Shown here: positions 15,701 to 24,398 of the stretch, piece by piece
Position numbering within the stretch: position 1 is the stretch's first letter
Layout of the letters: each line of letters begins with the position of its first letter
Assembly (NCBI GenBank): GCA_964566495.1
Contig: CAZMIT010000014.1
Coordinates: 1-24,622 of the forward strand
DNA length: 24,622 nt
Reading direction: 5' to 3'
From: an uncultured bacterium
GTDB taxonomy: Bacteria; T1Sed10-126
Notes under the pieces: model-generated
Databases searched by the model: none
What the model was told of the DNA's origin: nothing
The model's input: only the letters and a program-made list of their open reading frames with translations
Made by a program: the position numbers and the translations under genes

Positions 15701-17562
15701 AAGTAGACCCGACGGCTGTTCACCTGTAGTTGAAAGGTTGATTGTTCCATGATCTGTAGGCCGTGATTGGAGAGCAGAGGCATTATTTCATTCAATTTAA
15801 TATGTTTTTCGCTATAGAAAATCAGGCGGCTCTGGTTTTCTTCCCTCGCGTCAGGAAGTAAATCAATTTGTGGAGACTCGGTATCATCGTCAAGTAATTT
15901 TTCAATGTTTGCTATGTCTTTGACGGCAAACTGAGGTGAAATAGAGGCTTTATAGTCATCCGGAAAGCAACTGACATATTTTTCTATAAGTTCGCTGGCC
16001 CGCTGTGGTTTATGCTTCTCCTTAAGAAGCTCTATCAGGCGGTCCTGCCAGGAGCGGATTTGCGTACGCATCCGCTCTTCCAGCTCCTCAAAGCTGCAGG
16101 TTTTTGGACTACGGCGGTCAGTATGGAGATAATAGTGTAACTGGACAAAATCGGATTCACCAAAAGCAACCCTGTAGTCGAGTCCATCTGGTTCAAACTC
16201 GGTCTGGAGCTCGGTTTTAATTTGAGCGCTAACCTGTTCGCTGTATCGTTCCCGGGGGATAATAATCATCACGGTCAAACCCTGGCGGTAAGCGTCGGGC
16301 CGGGCCCGGAGTTTAAACCCCGTCTCGCCGTAAGCCTCCACCACGGCCTGAATGTCTTCGCTGAGCTTCTCAAGCGAGGATGAAAAAAGTACATGCTTGG
16401 GCATATTGTTAAAAATGTTATAAAAGTCTCGATACAGATGGGTATGTCGTGTTATACCTTCACGTTCAACCATGTCCTGGAATTTTTTTCGAAGCAGCGG
16501 TATATTGACAGCCGGCTCGTTAAGCACTCGATCTGTAAAAAGACCGACAAACTGAAATTCACCAATTATTTCACCGTCTGAGTCCAGATTTTTAACAGTT
16601 ACGTGATCCAGTTGTTCTCGTCGGTAAACCCGGCTCTCCACTTCAGTTTTTTTAACGGTGAGGATCATGCGGGAGGTGACACGTTCCTGGAGCCGGTAAT
16701 CCAGTTCGGTGACAGAAATTTGGTCGGGATAGTCTTTAAACCGGTCAGTCTGCAGGATGCCAAGGTTACTGTCGTTAACAGTGTTGAGGAGCTCACAACC
16801 GTTTTCATCACATTCTAAGCCGTATTCTCTGTAACCGAGGAAGACGAAATTTTCATCAACCAGATAGTTGAGGAAACGTTTGGCTTCGAGGAGAAGTTCT
16901 TCCTGGTCGGGCAAGATTTGCTGGTAGGAAGAAAGTTGCTCTGTGACTTTTTCTGCCTGCTCTATCATTGGTTCAAAATCTGACACGGCCAGTCTTATAT
17001 CAGCGAGAATTTCTTCTATCAGGTTCTCAAGCTGTCGGGCTTCATCTTCATTTAACCGGTTAAGCTGAACATGAACAAGCAGCAGCGCATCATCATCTTC
17101 TGAGGGGGAAAGCTCAGTTAGCTGGCCGTCGGAGTAGTTGTAATCAAATCCGGCGTAAAACAGAGATTGAATTTCTACTTCCTCACGCCCGAGGTTCTCA
17201 TGTATAGAGTCTATGACAAAAGGCAGGTTGGGGCAGACAAGATTCAAGATAGAAAAGGGGGAGGCCCACGTATGCTCACCCGGTTCAGGATTTATAATAT
17301 TAATCCTGTCGGTGGAACTTTCTGAGTAGGCGTTAATTTCAGAGCGAATGAAGTTGAGTAAATCAACAAAATCACCGGCAGTGTAGTGCTCAAAAAATTC
17401 CCCGGGAAGATGTTTGAAAGCTGACTCCTTTAACAGGTTAAGTTGTTCAAGCCGTTGTGATGAATATTTGTCTTCAAGGATTTTTTCAGTTTGTTTCAGG
17501 AAGGGTTGACTACTACTGGGTTTGTCATCCGAGTGCAGGGGGAAAACTTCAATATTCTCCAT
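12748..17562 (-). CDS. gdhB: Large (about 1600 aa) NAD-specific glutamate dehydrogenase
   Basis: ARGGIRWSDR, VKNSLIVPGGAKGGF, DPYLVVAADKGTA, GIGDMSGDVFGNGML, GEGGNLG and NSGGVDMSDHEVNIKI. Confidence 0.95.
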   Translation of the reverse strand: MENIEVFPLHSDDKPSSSQPFLKQTEKILEDKYSSQRLEQLNLLKESAFKHLPGEFFEHYTAGDFVDLLNFIRSEINAYSESSTDRINIINPEPGEHTWASPFSILNLVCPNLPFVIDSIHENLGREEVEIQSLFYAGFDYNYSDGQLTELSPSEDDDALLLVHVQLNRLNEDEARQLENLIEEILADIRLAVSDFEPMIEQAEKVTEQLSSYQQILPDQEELLLEAKRFLNYLVDENFVFLGYREYGLECDENGCELLNTVNDSNLGILQTDRFKDYPDQISVTELDYRLQERVTSRMILTVKKTEVESRVYRREQLDHVTVKNLDSDGEIIGEFQFVGLFTDRVLNEPAVNIPLLRKKFQDMVEREGITRHTHLYRDFYNIFNNMPKHVLFSSSLEKLSEDIQAVVEAYGETGFKLRARPDAYRQGLTVMIIIPRERYSEQVSAQIKTELQTEFEPDGLDYRVAFGESDFVQLHYYLHTDRRSPKTCSFEELEERMRTQIRSWQDRLIELLKEKHKPQRASELIEKYVSCFPDDYKASISPQFAVKDIANIEKLLDDDTESPQIDLLPDAREENQSRLIFYSEKHIKLNEIMPLLSNHGLQIMEQSTFQLQVNSRRVYLHLFMIEEPEKSAATFQRQRELLIESIDGVYRGYYRDDIVNELVARRGLTPRSVNLFRLYKNYFHQINPTVKLESINRTLVRFLRISELLFRYFEIKFAPDEPDNNREKELASQEEAILKRLENIEDRNDDYILRSLLNLIKSTVRTNYYQENCSKPYISIKIESAEVQDMPDPRPLYEFYVYSTEMEAIHLRHDKIARGGIRWSDRRDDYRTEVLDLVKTQKVKNSLIVPGGAKGGFIIKQEHLEGEMSMADQARQKYKNFMRGMLDLTDNLVDEEPVAPKDVVCYDEPDPYLVVAADKGTAQFSDLANSVSRNYDFWLDDAFATGGETGYNHKEQGITAKGTWVCVERHFRELDKDISQPFSVVGIGDMSGDVFGNGMLLSDRIRLLGSFNHRFIFLDPDPDPDNSFEERKRLYDSEADWDEYDKSLISDGGGVFRRDVRTIDLPEKSRQMLDIDNEEPTPEEVIKALLQLDVDLLFNGGIGTYIKSSGEAHSDAGDPANDACRVDADQVQADVIGEGGNLGITQQGRIELARNDVRLNTDAIDNSGGVDMSDHEVNIKILLQESIRRNELDPDDRIDVLKSLDELLVDFVTANNYSQSGAISLETHNSELRLDDYRHLLKQLEDDVGLDREVEDLPYESEMLERLQAGQGMVRPEIAVILSYAKMALRQHLAAEDWSESWLIKPFLHRYFPDKLVEEFSQGMNNHPLKKEIALTELVNHLVDTCGLTFFFRLSEETGAEITELTRWFLVGERLTGTQHLFSTLSQLEDELEAEIFYQTWRKILVRIGTVSSWLYNSFNRHYSPPEFERIAAPRLEKQRQKVHAELSGSRLERINKKKERWEDVGADETFVNSLVDLYYLIPDLDIIFLADQAGKPVGETAKFYFELGSLLNIDWILGRLIHQRSHDHWEEMAISSLTRELNFIHRDIARKLVENSTTVDDFHSENKNPIVRLNSIQQDLENTREFNFSGYQFYVQRLRQLK

Positions 17563-17608
17563 AAGTTTGGCCTCCAGGGAAAGATTGTTACAGATCCAGT
17601 CTGAAATA

Positions 17609-17638
17609 AGTCTACGTGTGAAAAGGTGGTGGAGTCAA
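17609..17638 (-). promoter_or_regulatory. σ70 promoter for gdhB
   Basis: Minus strand TTGACT-N18-TAGACT, about 46 nt upstream of the ATG. Confidence 0.55.
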
Positions 17639-17714
17639 GATATATAGGAGCAAAAAACTGATCTAATCCGAATTATTTACGACAGTGGTGTTATCGTTAA
17701 TTATCTGAGCTAAG

Positions 17715-17766
17715 TTGCCGGGTTAAGCAACGTTATGCCAGACGTGATCCGGGACCGGCAATGACG
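17715..17766. repeat. CGTC-type REP-like palindrome with an expanded loop
   Basis: TTGCCGG...CCGGCAATGACG. The loop GTTAAGCAACGTTATGCC matches 21025-21042 at 16/18. Confidence 0.6.
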
Positions 17767-17891
17767 AGTCTTCGGTCGGTTCTGGGTTATTAAAAAAAAT
17801 AGTTGAAATTTAGTTAGGGATGTATTATATTATAACTGCAGCAAGCAAAGTGACAGGGATTGTCATTATTTTTACTCAAGGATGGGTAAAG

Positions 17892-18659
17892 GTGCAAATT
17901 CAAGCCGCAGCTCCAGCCAGCCTTTCTACAAGCGATTATTCCTCTGCTATATCTATGCCGGAGAATGATAGCGGGGACGAGACTGCCCTTCAGCCGGAAC
18001 AATTTTCGGGCAATGAAGCAGCTGGCGAGGGTGAGACGGCGGAAGAGGGAGAAGCCCGGGAAGAGTTAACAAGAGCTGGTGAGGAAGCGGCAGAAAATAA
18101 TCCTCGTGAGCTTACGGAAGAAGAGGAACAGCAAGTGCGGGAGTTGGAGCGAATTGATAGGAAAGTAAGAAATCACGAACAGGCGCACGTGGCTGCCGGA
18201 GGGCGTCATGTCCGGGGCGGTCCCACATACGAGTATGAGGAAGGGCCGGATGGACGGCGTTATGCCGTTGGTGGGTCAGTTTCTCTGGATACCAGTGAGG
18301 AAGGAGATCCGGAGGAGACCATCCAAAAGATGCGGGAGGTAAGACAAGCGGCATTAGCACCGGCAGATCCGTCTCCCGAAGATCATCGGGTTGCCCAGCA
18401 GGCGAATCAGTCAAAGATGCAGGCGCGCATGGAGAAACAGCAAGAAGAGCAGGAAGAGGAGGGGGAAGAGGCGGCAGGCCCCCAAACAATCGAAGATTTT
18501 GCTCAACAGCGTGGTGGAATTGAGTCGGAGGCGTCCGAACAGGGAAAAGCAGCTGTGGAGGAAACAGGAGCAGTAAATCAAGGAAGAGATACTTCTCAAA
18601 TATTTAACCCGTCAGCGGCCGGGCAAGCCAGCGAGGCGGCATTAAATCTACTGGTTTAA
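17892..18659 (+). CDS. SprA-related family protein (HExxH, putative metalloprotease)
   Basis: [15 protein letters not shown]...Y..GPDG.RYAVGG.V..D...[11 protein letters not shown]. Probable start GTG 17892 behind AAGGATGGG; the ORF track starts at 17820. Confidence 0.85.
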   Translation: MQIQAAAPASLSTSDYSSAISMPENDSGDETALQPEQFSGNEAAGEGETAEEGEAREELTRAGEEAAENNPRELTEEEEQQVRELERIDRKVRNHEQAHVAAGGRHVRGGPTYEYEEGPDGRRYAVGGSVSLDTSEEGDPEETIQKMREVRQAALAPADPSPEDHRVAQQANQSKMQARMEKQQEEQEEEGEEAAGPQTIEDFAQQRGGIESEASEQGKAAVEETGAVNQGRDTSQIFNPSAAGQASEAALNLLV

Positions 18660-18670
18660 AAAGTTTTGAT

Positions 18671-18825
18671 TAGCCCGGATAATGCACGACAGCATAACTG
18701 TTGTGCATTATCCGTCCGAAGGACAGCCGTTTATAGACTTCTTGTTGGATATTAAACAAAATATTATTATTGCAGTTATTTTTACAGCCTGTAACTTACC
18801 AGTTGTTCTGTAAACGGCTGGGTTA
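18671..18825 (+). repeat. Four-way-junction element, copy X (long variant)
   Basis: TAGCC|17-bp arm 18676-18692/18698-18714|TCC-gaa-GGA|14-bp arm 18724-18737/18807-18820|GGTTA. Confidence 0.85.
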
Positions 18826-18896
18826 ACCCCGCCCATTTGATGAATGGGCGGCCCTTTGGGCGGTCTATGCATAGGGTTCATGCATAGGCCGGGTTA
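18824..18896 (-). repeat. Four-way-junction element, copy B
   Basis: Same architecture as copy A; shares the TA at 18824-18825 with copy X; begins 3 nt after the sulP stop. Confidence 0.9.
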
Positions 18897-18899
18897 GAA

Positions 18900-20762
18900 C
18901 TATCCCTCGGCGTCGTAATTAGAATGGTGTCCGGTCTTTTCTTCTTTTATTGGTCCAGCCTGTTTTGAATCCTTCGTCTTTTTCTTCTCGGCCATCGTGT
19001 AGGTCAGGGTGGGATCTTCAGCGTGTCGAGATGTATCCCCCTCCAGCACGTCGTCAATATGTTCGCGTGCTCTTTCCATTGCCTGGCGGGTGGACTGGTG
19101 CAGAGTTTTTTGTGCGATAAAAATTTTATCCCGGCCAATTACATCGGTGGCCCCGGACTCATCCAGAATTTTTTGGATGTGCGGCGTGGCGCCGCAGACC
19201 ATCAATGTGCGGTCATTATTGCGCAGCGACCGCGCCAGGTCCTTGAGGGCTTGAGCGGCGGTCAGGTCGAGGTTCATGGCATTTTTTAAACGCAGTATGA
19301 TGACGCGAAGTTCTGGAGATTCTTCGCATAATTTTTTCACTCGCGATTTTATTGGCCGGGCAGAGCCGAAAAAAGCTTCTCCGGTTATATCAATGAAAGC
19401 AATCTGAGGATAGATGCGTTCTGCTGAGGTGTGGATCGTTTTTAGGGCGCCGCTGCGACCAATAATAAACTCTTTCATATCCGGTTGGGTGGCCTTGCGC
19501 ATGTGCAACATAAGTGAAACTACTATGCCCAGGTAAATGGCCTGATCCAGCTGGAGTAATAAGACCGAGAGTATAGTGCCGGCAAAGACGATGCGATCTC
19601 GGCGGGTCGTGGTCAACATTTGCTTTATACGGTCCCATTCGGGGATGTTGTAAGCTATAACTACAATTAAACCAGCTAACAGGGGCTGGGGAATGTAATA
19701 GAGCACCGGGACGAAGAGGGCAACTAAAACAAGCATGCTGATTCCGGTAAAGATGCCGGCAAAACGGGTGCGAGCCCCGGCGTTATAATTCAAAAAAGAG
19801 TTGGTGAAAGATCCGGAAACAGGAAATCCTCTGAAGAGGCCGGCGCCAAGGTTGGCCATCCCCTGTCCGAGTAGTTCCTGGTTTTCATCAAGCTCTTCGC
19901 CGGCCGCTTCAGCCAGGCTGCCAGCGACGGAAAGTGCCTGGACGGACCCCAGCAGGGCGAGGGCCAAAGCCGGCGCGAAAAGTGCTGACAGCAGGTCCAG
20001 TCCGGCTGTCTCCGGGGGGAAGGCCGGCAGACGGAAGGTTAAGTCGCCCACCACTTCAACCTGTTCCTCCAGACCGAAAAAATAGGAGACTGCAGATCCG
20101 GCCAGGGCAACGGTTAAAATCGCCGGTAGCGCCGGGTGTATTTTTTTTAAGACAATAACACCCAGGATAGCCCCGGCAGCCAGGGTGACTGGTAGCGTGG
20201 GCAGGCGGGGAGAGTAGAGAAAACCGACCAGGTATTCGAGAAAACGGGAGAAAAAATAGGGCGACTTCTCGGCTTGCAGTTCAAAAATAGTGGCAACTTG
20301 GTCGCCGATAATTACAAAAGCACTGCCGCAAATAAATCCATGGATTACAGAAAGTGAAACGAAACGCGAGAGATTACCAATTTTGAGCAGGGCAAACGAA
20401 ATTTGTATCAAGCCGACCAGGAGAGCAAGATAGATGGCGACCAGCACCGGCGGATAATTCAGGTGTCGGACACCAATTAAAACTCCCCCAACAACAATCG
20501 CATAGGTTCCCGAAGGAGCGGTTATGTGGTAGGGAGAGTCGCCAAAAAGGGCGCCAAAGGTTGCCCCGGCCCCGCCGGCGTAAATACCGTGTACAGGAGG
20601 CAGGCCGGCAATTATGGCATAAGCTATCTTTTGCGGGATAGCCAGAAGTGATACTGTCAGGCCGGCTAAAAAGTCATCTTTCAGTTTGTCGAGACTATAA
20701 TTTTTAATAGTCTTCCAGACCGGTAACCCGGGCTGGTTGCGTTTCAGTTGTTGAAGTGGCAT
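18900..20762 (-). CDS. SulP/SLC26 family anion permease with a C-terminal STAS domain
   Basis: DFLAGLTV.LLAIPQ.IAYA.IAGLPPVHGIY, NQELLGQG.AN, PVSGSF.S and STAS motif GEAFFG...LDLTA. Confidence 0.93.
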   Translation of the reverse strand: MPLQQLKRNQPGLPVWKTIKNYSLDKLKDDFLAGLTVSLLAIPQKIAYAIIAGLPPVHGIYAGGAGATFGALFGDSPYHITAPSGTYAIVVGGVLIGVRHLNYPPVLVAIYLALLVGLIQISFALLKIGNLSRFVSLSVIHGFICGSAFVIIGDQVATIFELQAEKSPYFFSRFLEYLVGFLYSPRLPTLPVTLAAGAILGVIVLKKIHPALPAILTVALAGSAVSYFFGLEEQVEVVGDLTFRLPAFPPETAGLDLLSALFAPALALALLGSVQALSVAGSLAEAAGEELDENQELLGQGMANLGAGLFRGFPVSGSFTNSFLNYNAGARTRFAGIFTGISMLVLVALFVPVLYYIPQPLLAGLIVVIAYNIPEWDRIKQMLTTTRRDRIVFAGTILSVLLLQLDQAIYLGIVVSLMLHMRKATQPDMKEFIIGRSGALKTIHTSAERIYPQIAFIDITGEAFFGSARPIKSRVKKLCEESPELRVIILRLKNAMNLDLTAAQALKDLARSLRNNDRTLMVCGATPHIQKILDESGATDVIGRDKIFIAQKTLHQSTRQAMERAREHIDDVLEGDTSRHAEDPTLTYTMAEKKKTKDSKQAGPIKEEKTGHHSNYDAEG

Positions 20763-20807
20763 AGATGCCAGTCACTCCTACATTAGCTGCTTTTTTTCAA
20801 TCCTGCG

Positions 20808-21052
20808 GTAGCTATTCAGTGCCGGTCAAAACCTTTCAATGCCATTCCGGGCAGAGCGAAGTGGAGAGCCGGAATCCAGAAGTTACCGCGGTAACCGGTA
20901 ATCAGCCGCAGGGCGCGAGGCGCTGGGCGCAAGGTGTTAAATTCTAAACTCTCCCTTCAACCTGGCCCTCTCCCTCCAGTGAAGAGGGGATTGGCCAGTC
21001 GGGAACCGCAATGACGAGCCTTGAGTCAAGCAACGGTATGCCGAGACCGGCA
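20808..21052. repeat. Composite repeat cluster: TIR-like end (20808-20823), CGTC-type palindromes (20841-20879, 20988-21016), 7-mer array (20908-20935), CCCTCACC-type hairpin (20953-20990)
   Basis: Each part matches another copy elsewhere in the window (see findings). Confidence 0.65.
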
Positions 21053-21086
21053 AAAAGAACCGTCAGAAGTTTTTGAACACTGGTAT

Positions 21087-21116
21087 TTGACAATTTTATC
21101 TATATAATTATAACAT
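21087..21116 (+). promoter_or_regulatory. σ70 promoter for the 5-FTHF cyclo-ligase gene
   Basis: Perfect TTGACA, followed by TATAAC (N16) or TAACAT (N18). Confidence 0.6.
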
Positions 21117-21194
21117 CAAAGTCAGCTTTTTATTCTCATAATCTTTCGTCGGTTCCCTTTGCCCAGGGGAAGACTGGTTTAGTGCAGGTTAATT

Positions 21195-21743
21195 ATGTCA
21201 GATAAAAAAGAAAAATTACGGAAAAAAATTATTGCTCGGCGCCACGAATTGACGCCAGACTACCGCGAGTCCAGGAGCGAAGCCCTGGTCGATAAGCTAA
21301 TTGACCTGGAGCCGGTTAATACTGCCGAGCGGGTTATGCTTTACTGGCCGTCAGGTGGTGAAATAAGTCCGCTTGGTTTGATGAAGGCGGCGGGGTGTAG
21401 TAGTAAACAGTATATTTTTCCCCGGGTAGAAGGAAATAAATTGGGATTGTATGAAATACAAGACCCTCGGTCTCAGCTGGTCCGTGGTACCTATGAATTG
21501 CTGGAACCCGATCCGGCTCGATGTTCGCGGCTGGAGGCGCGCCATGTAGATTTGATAATAACCCCGGGAATTGCTTTTGATCGTCGTTGCTACAGGCTTG
21601 GCCGCGGTGGAGGTTACTACGATCGACTGCTCTCACGTGTTCCAAAGGGTTATTCGATTGGAGTGGGTTATCAGTTCCAACTGCTTGAACAAATACCGTT
21701 CAAAGAGCACGACCAGCCTGTTGACCGGGTCATAGTAGCTTGA
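21195..21743 (+). CDS. ygfA: 5-formyltetrahydrofolate cyclo-ligase
   Basis: K..LRK, DLIITPGIAFDR...RLGRGGGYYDRLL and HDQPVD. Confidence 0.94.
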   Translation: MSDKKEKLRKKIIARRHELTPDYRESRSEALVDKLIDLEPVNTAERVMLYWPSGGEISPLGLMKAAGCSSKQYIFPRVEGNKLGLYEIQDPRSQLVRGTYELLEPDPARCSRLEARHVDLIITPGIAFDRRCYRLGRGGGYYDRLLSRVPKGYSIGVGYQFQLLEQIPFKEHDQPVDRVIVA

Positions 21744-21768
21744 ATTTTTGCCTATAAAAACGTATAAT
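21740..21768 (+). promoter_or_regulatory. σ70 promoter for tRNA-Leu (possibly reading on into rnr-smpB)
   Basis: TTGAAT-N17-TATAAT; the -35 overlaps the ygfA stop. Confidence 0.7.
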
Positions 21769-21804
21769 ACACCCTCTATAGGGAAAAGAAGAACAAATAA
21801 CGAC

Positions 21805-21888
21805 GCCGAGGTGGCGGAACTGGCAGACGCGCAGGGTTCAGGACTCTGTGGGCATACGCCCGTGCGGGTTCGACTCCCGCCCTCGGCA
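21805..21888 (+). tRNA. tRNA-Leu(CAG), CCA not encoded
   Basis: GCCGAGG/CCTCGGC acceptor, anticodon loop TTCAGGA, long variable arm GGGC-ATAC-GCCC, T-loop TTCGACT. Confidence 0.97.
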
Positions 21889-21983
21889 CTTAACAGCAAC
21901 CTCCCCGTCAGTTGACCAGCCAAGCGCATTAATCTTCCCGCCGGGGGAATAAAGATAAAAAAACTCTAAGTGAGGTTAATAAC

Positions 21984-23912
21984 ATGAGTAGTAAAAAATT
22001 AGAAGGGAAAATAGAACGACATGAAAAAGGCTACGGTTTTTTTATCCCTGATCGGGATGATCTGGAAGATATTTTTATCCCCCCCGGTCGTTTGCAGAGT
22101 GCGATAACCGGCGACCGAGTACTTGTTCGCTACACTTCCAGTGGCCGCGGTAAAAACCCGGTGGGGGAAGTGTTGAGTGTGCTGGAACGAGATGTGAGAA
22201 AAATCGTCGGCACTCTGAGAATCAGCAGTGACGGCTCGGTGGTTATTCCCGATTCGGTGCGGTTGGGGCGCACTGTTCGTGTCCCCGATCAATCGTCCAG
22301 CTCACGCGTTGCCGACGGAGATCTTGTTGAAGTGGAAATAGAGAACTATCAACCACTTGAAGGGGTAATAATTGACGTTCTAGGTGAGCGCGGCGACCCG
22401 AAATCCGAAGAAAAATTGCTCTTGAAAAAATATGCTTTAAACCCTGAATTTCCATCTGAAGTAAAAAAAGAGGCTGAAAAATTACCCGATAAGCCGCGTC
22501 TGGAAACCATTGAGGACCGAGCTGATCTGCGTGAGCTTGAAGTGTTGACGATAGATCCGACGGACGCTAAAGACCTCGACGATGCTGTCTCCGTCAATGT
22601 CACCGGCGGCGGCAACTTTAGGATTGGAGTGCACATAACTGATGTCAGTCACTACGTTAAAGAGGGGAGCAACCTGGACGCCGAGGCACATCGTCGGGCG
22701 ACCAGCACTTACCTGGCGGATCAGGTTATCCCCATGTTCCCGAAGAGTTTTTCGAACGGTATAGGCAGTCTTGGCGGTGAGACGGAACGGTTGGCTCTGT
22801 CGGTTTTTTTAATTGTCAATCCTTCCGGCGAAGTAATAGAATACGAATTTGAGGAGAGCCTGATCGATGTCGACGCTTGTCTCAGCTATCAGCAAGTTGA
22901 CGCCTATCTGGAGTCCGGTGAGGCTGAATCGCCGCTTGATCTTGTGGCTGATTCAATTGATACAATGGTTACCGTTTCTCAGCGAATGCGCGCCCGGCGG
23001 ATGGATCGGGGTAGCCTGAATTTTGACCTGCCGGAAGTGCGGCTGGAATGTCATGAAGGTGAAGTCAAAGAAATTATTCCGGTCGAACACACTTTATCAC
23101 ACCAGTTGATTGAGGAGTTTATGATAGCAGCCAATGAGGCCGTGGCACGTTATTTAACCAACCGGAATATCCCAATGCTATACCGCGTGCATGAGCCGCC
23201 CCCCGAGGAGGACGTCGAGGCTTTTGCCCGTTTTGTCCAGGGATTAGGCTACAATGTTGACACAGACGGTGAGCTTTCGCCGGCTGATTTTCAGCGGGTA
23301 CTCGATCAGGCCCAGGGGGAGCGAGAGGAGAAGGTGATCTCCTGGAACATGCTTCGTTCGTTGAGCAAAGCGCGCTATTCACCAAAAAATTTCGGTCACT
23401 TTGGACTGGCTTCCGACTGTTATTGTCACTTCACCTCGCCGATCCGGCGCTACCCGGACCTGCTGCTCCATCGGCTCCTGAAAGAGGTAATTGATGGCAG
23501 CGGAATGTCGGACAGTAAGCGTCAATCGTGGAGCAAGCGGCTACCCGAGCTGGCCGAACATACCACCGAGATGGAAATCAACGCTACCGAGGCCGAACGG
23601 GAGTCGGTTGATGTTAAATTGCTGCAGCACATGGAAGACGCCGTTGGCGAGGAACGGGAGGTTTATATAACCTCGATCATGGATTTCGGTTGTTTCGCTC
23701 AGCTGGAAAATACATTGGAAGGTTTGCTTCACGTCTCCAGTCTGGACGATTATTACGTTTATAATGAGTCGAATTTCTCACTGGTGGGTGAGCGAACCGG
23801 GCATGTTCTACGGGTTGGAGACAGGTTGCGTGTAAAAATCGCTCGAGTGGACATTCCCAGTCGCGAGCTTGATTTTGAACTGGTCGAAGTGTTGGAGGAT
23901 AAGGATGGGTAA
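21984..23912 (+). CDS. rnr: Ribonuclease R
   Basis: N-terminal CSD (KGYGFF), TIDPTDAKDLDDA catalytic motif, IEEFMIAAN, HFTSPIRRYPDL and a C-terminal S1 domain; directly upstream of smpB. Confidence 0.95.
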   Translation: MSSKKLEGKIERHEKGYGFFIPDRDDLEDIFIPPGRLQSAITGDRVLVRYTSSGRGKNPVGEVLSVLERDVRKIVGTLRISSDGSVVIPDSVRLGRTVRVPDQSSSSRVADGDLVEVEIENYQPLEGVIIDVLGERGDPKSEEKLLLKKYALNPEFPSEVKKEAEKLPDKPRLETIEDRADLRELEVLTIDPTDAKDLDDAVSVNVTGGGNFRIGVHITDVSHYVKEGSNLDAEAHRRATSTYLADQVIPMFPKSFSNGIGSLGGETERLALSVFLIVNPSGEVIEYEFEESLIDVDACLSYQQVDAYLESGEAESPLDLVADSIDTMVTVSQRMRARRMDRGSLNFDLPEVRLECHEGEVKEIIPVEHTLSHQLIEEFMIAANEAVARYLTNRNIPMLYRVHEPPPEEDVEAFARFVQGLGYNVDTDGELSPADFQRVLDQAQGEREEKVISWNMLRSLSKARYSPKNFGHFGLASDCYCHFTSPIRRYPDLLLHRLLKEVIDGSGMSDSKRQSWSKRLPELAEHTTEMEINATEAERESVDVKLLQHMEDAVGEEREVYITSIMDFGCFAQLENTLEGLLHVSSLDDYYVYNESNFSLVGERTGHVLRVGDRLRVKIARVDIPSRELDFELVEVLEDKDG

Positions 23913-24363
23913 GGAGCTGGCTCGAAATCGCAAGGCTTACCATGATTATGAGTTTGAAGATCATTACGAGGCCGGGATGGTTTTAAAAGGCACTGAAGTC
24001 AAGGCACTGCGTGAAGGTCGGGGCAATTTACGGGATGCTTTTGTAGTAATCCGTGAGGACGAGGCCTATGTAATCGGGATGCATATTGGTCCTTACAGCA
24101 ACGCACCCGCTGAAAGGCAACACGACCCGGAGCGGTCTCGTAAGCTACTGCTGAAAAAGCGTGAAATAAAGGAACTGGCCGGGAAAATATCACGTCGCGG
24201 CTACAGTCTTATCCCGCTGCAGGCTTATTTAAATAAACGTAACTGGGTAAAACTACGACTTGGGCTGGGCAAGGGGTTGAAAAAATGGGACAAACGTCGC
24301 AAACAGAAAGAAAAAGATGTTAAAAGACGCTTGAGACAACAATACAGCGCTAAAATCAGGTAA
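23905..24363 (+). CDS. smpB: SsrA-binding protein
   Basis: NRKAYHDY...EAG.VL.GTEVK.LR, RKLLL and G.K.WDKR. ATG 23905 overlaps the rnr stop and follows GGAGGA. Confidence 0.96.
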   Translation: MGKELARNRKAYHDYEFEDHYEAGMVLKGTEVKALREGRGNLRDAFVVIREDEAYVIGMHIGPYSNAPAERQHDPERSRKLLLKKREIKELAGKISRRGYSLIPLQAYLNKRNWVKLRLGLGKGLKKWDKRRKQKEKDVKRRLRQQYSAKIR

Positions 24364-24398
24364 ACTTTAATTACACCGGTTCTTTTTTCAACTGCACC

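Noticed and set aside
18824..18896. Canonical integron attC / cassette array
   Set aside because: The ends resemble RYYYAAC/GTTRRRY, but the fold is three-armed with no L boxes or extrahelical bases. There is no intI and no tandem cassette array, so it is kept only as an analogy.
21060..21194. 6S RNA expected upstream of ygfA
   Set aside because: A strong promoter leaves only about 75 nt of leader, too short for 6S RNA, and further upstream is a repeat cluster.
23869..23904. Longer smpB start given in the ORF track
   Set aside because: ATG 23905 has a good RBS and gives a normal SmpB N-terminus.
2377..24193. Numerous antisense or out-of-frame ORFs within the helicase, MTase, rny, gdhB, sulP, rnr and smpB genes
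   Set aside because: They are shadow ORFs of well-supported genes and have no motifs.
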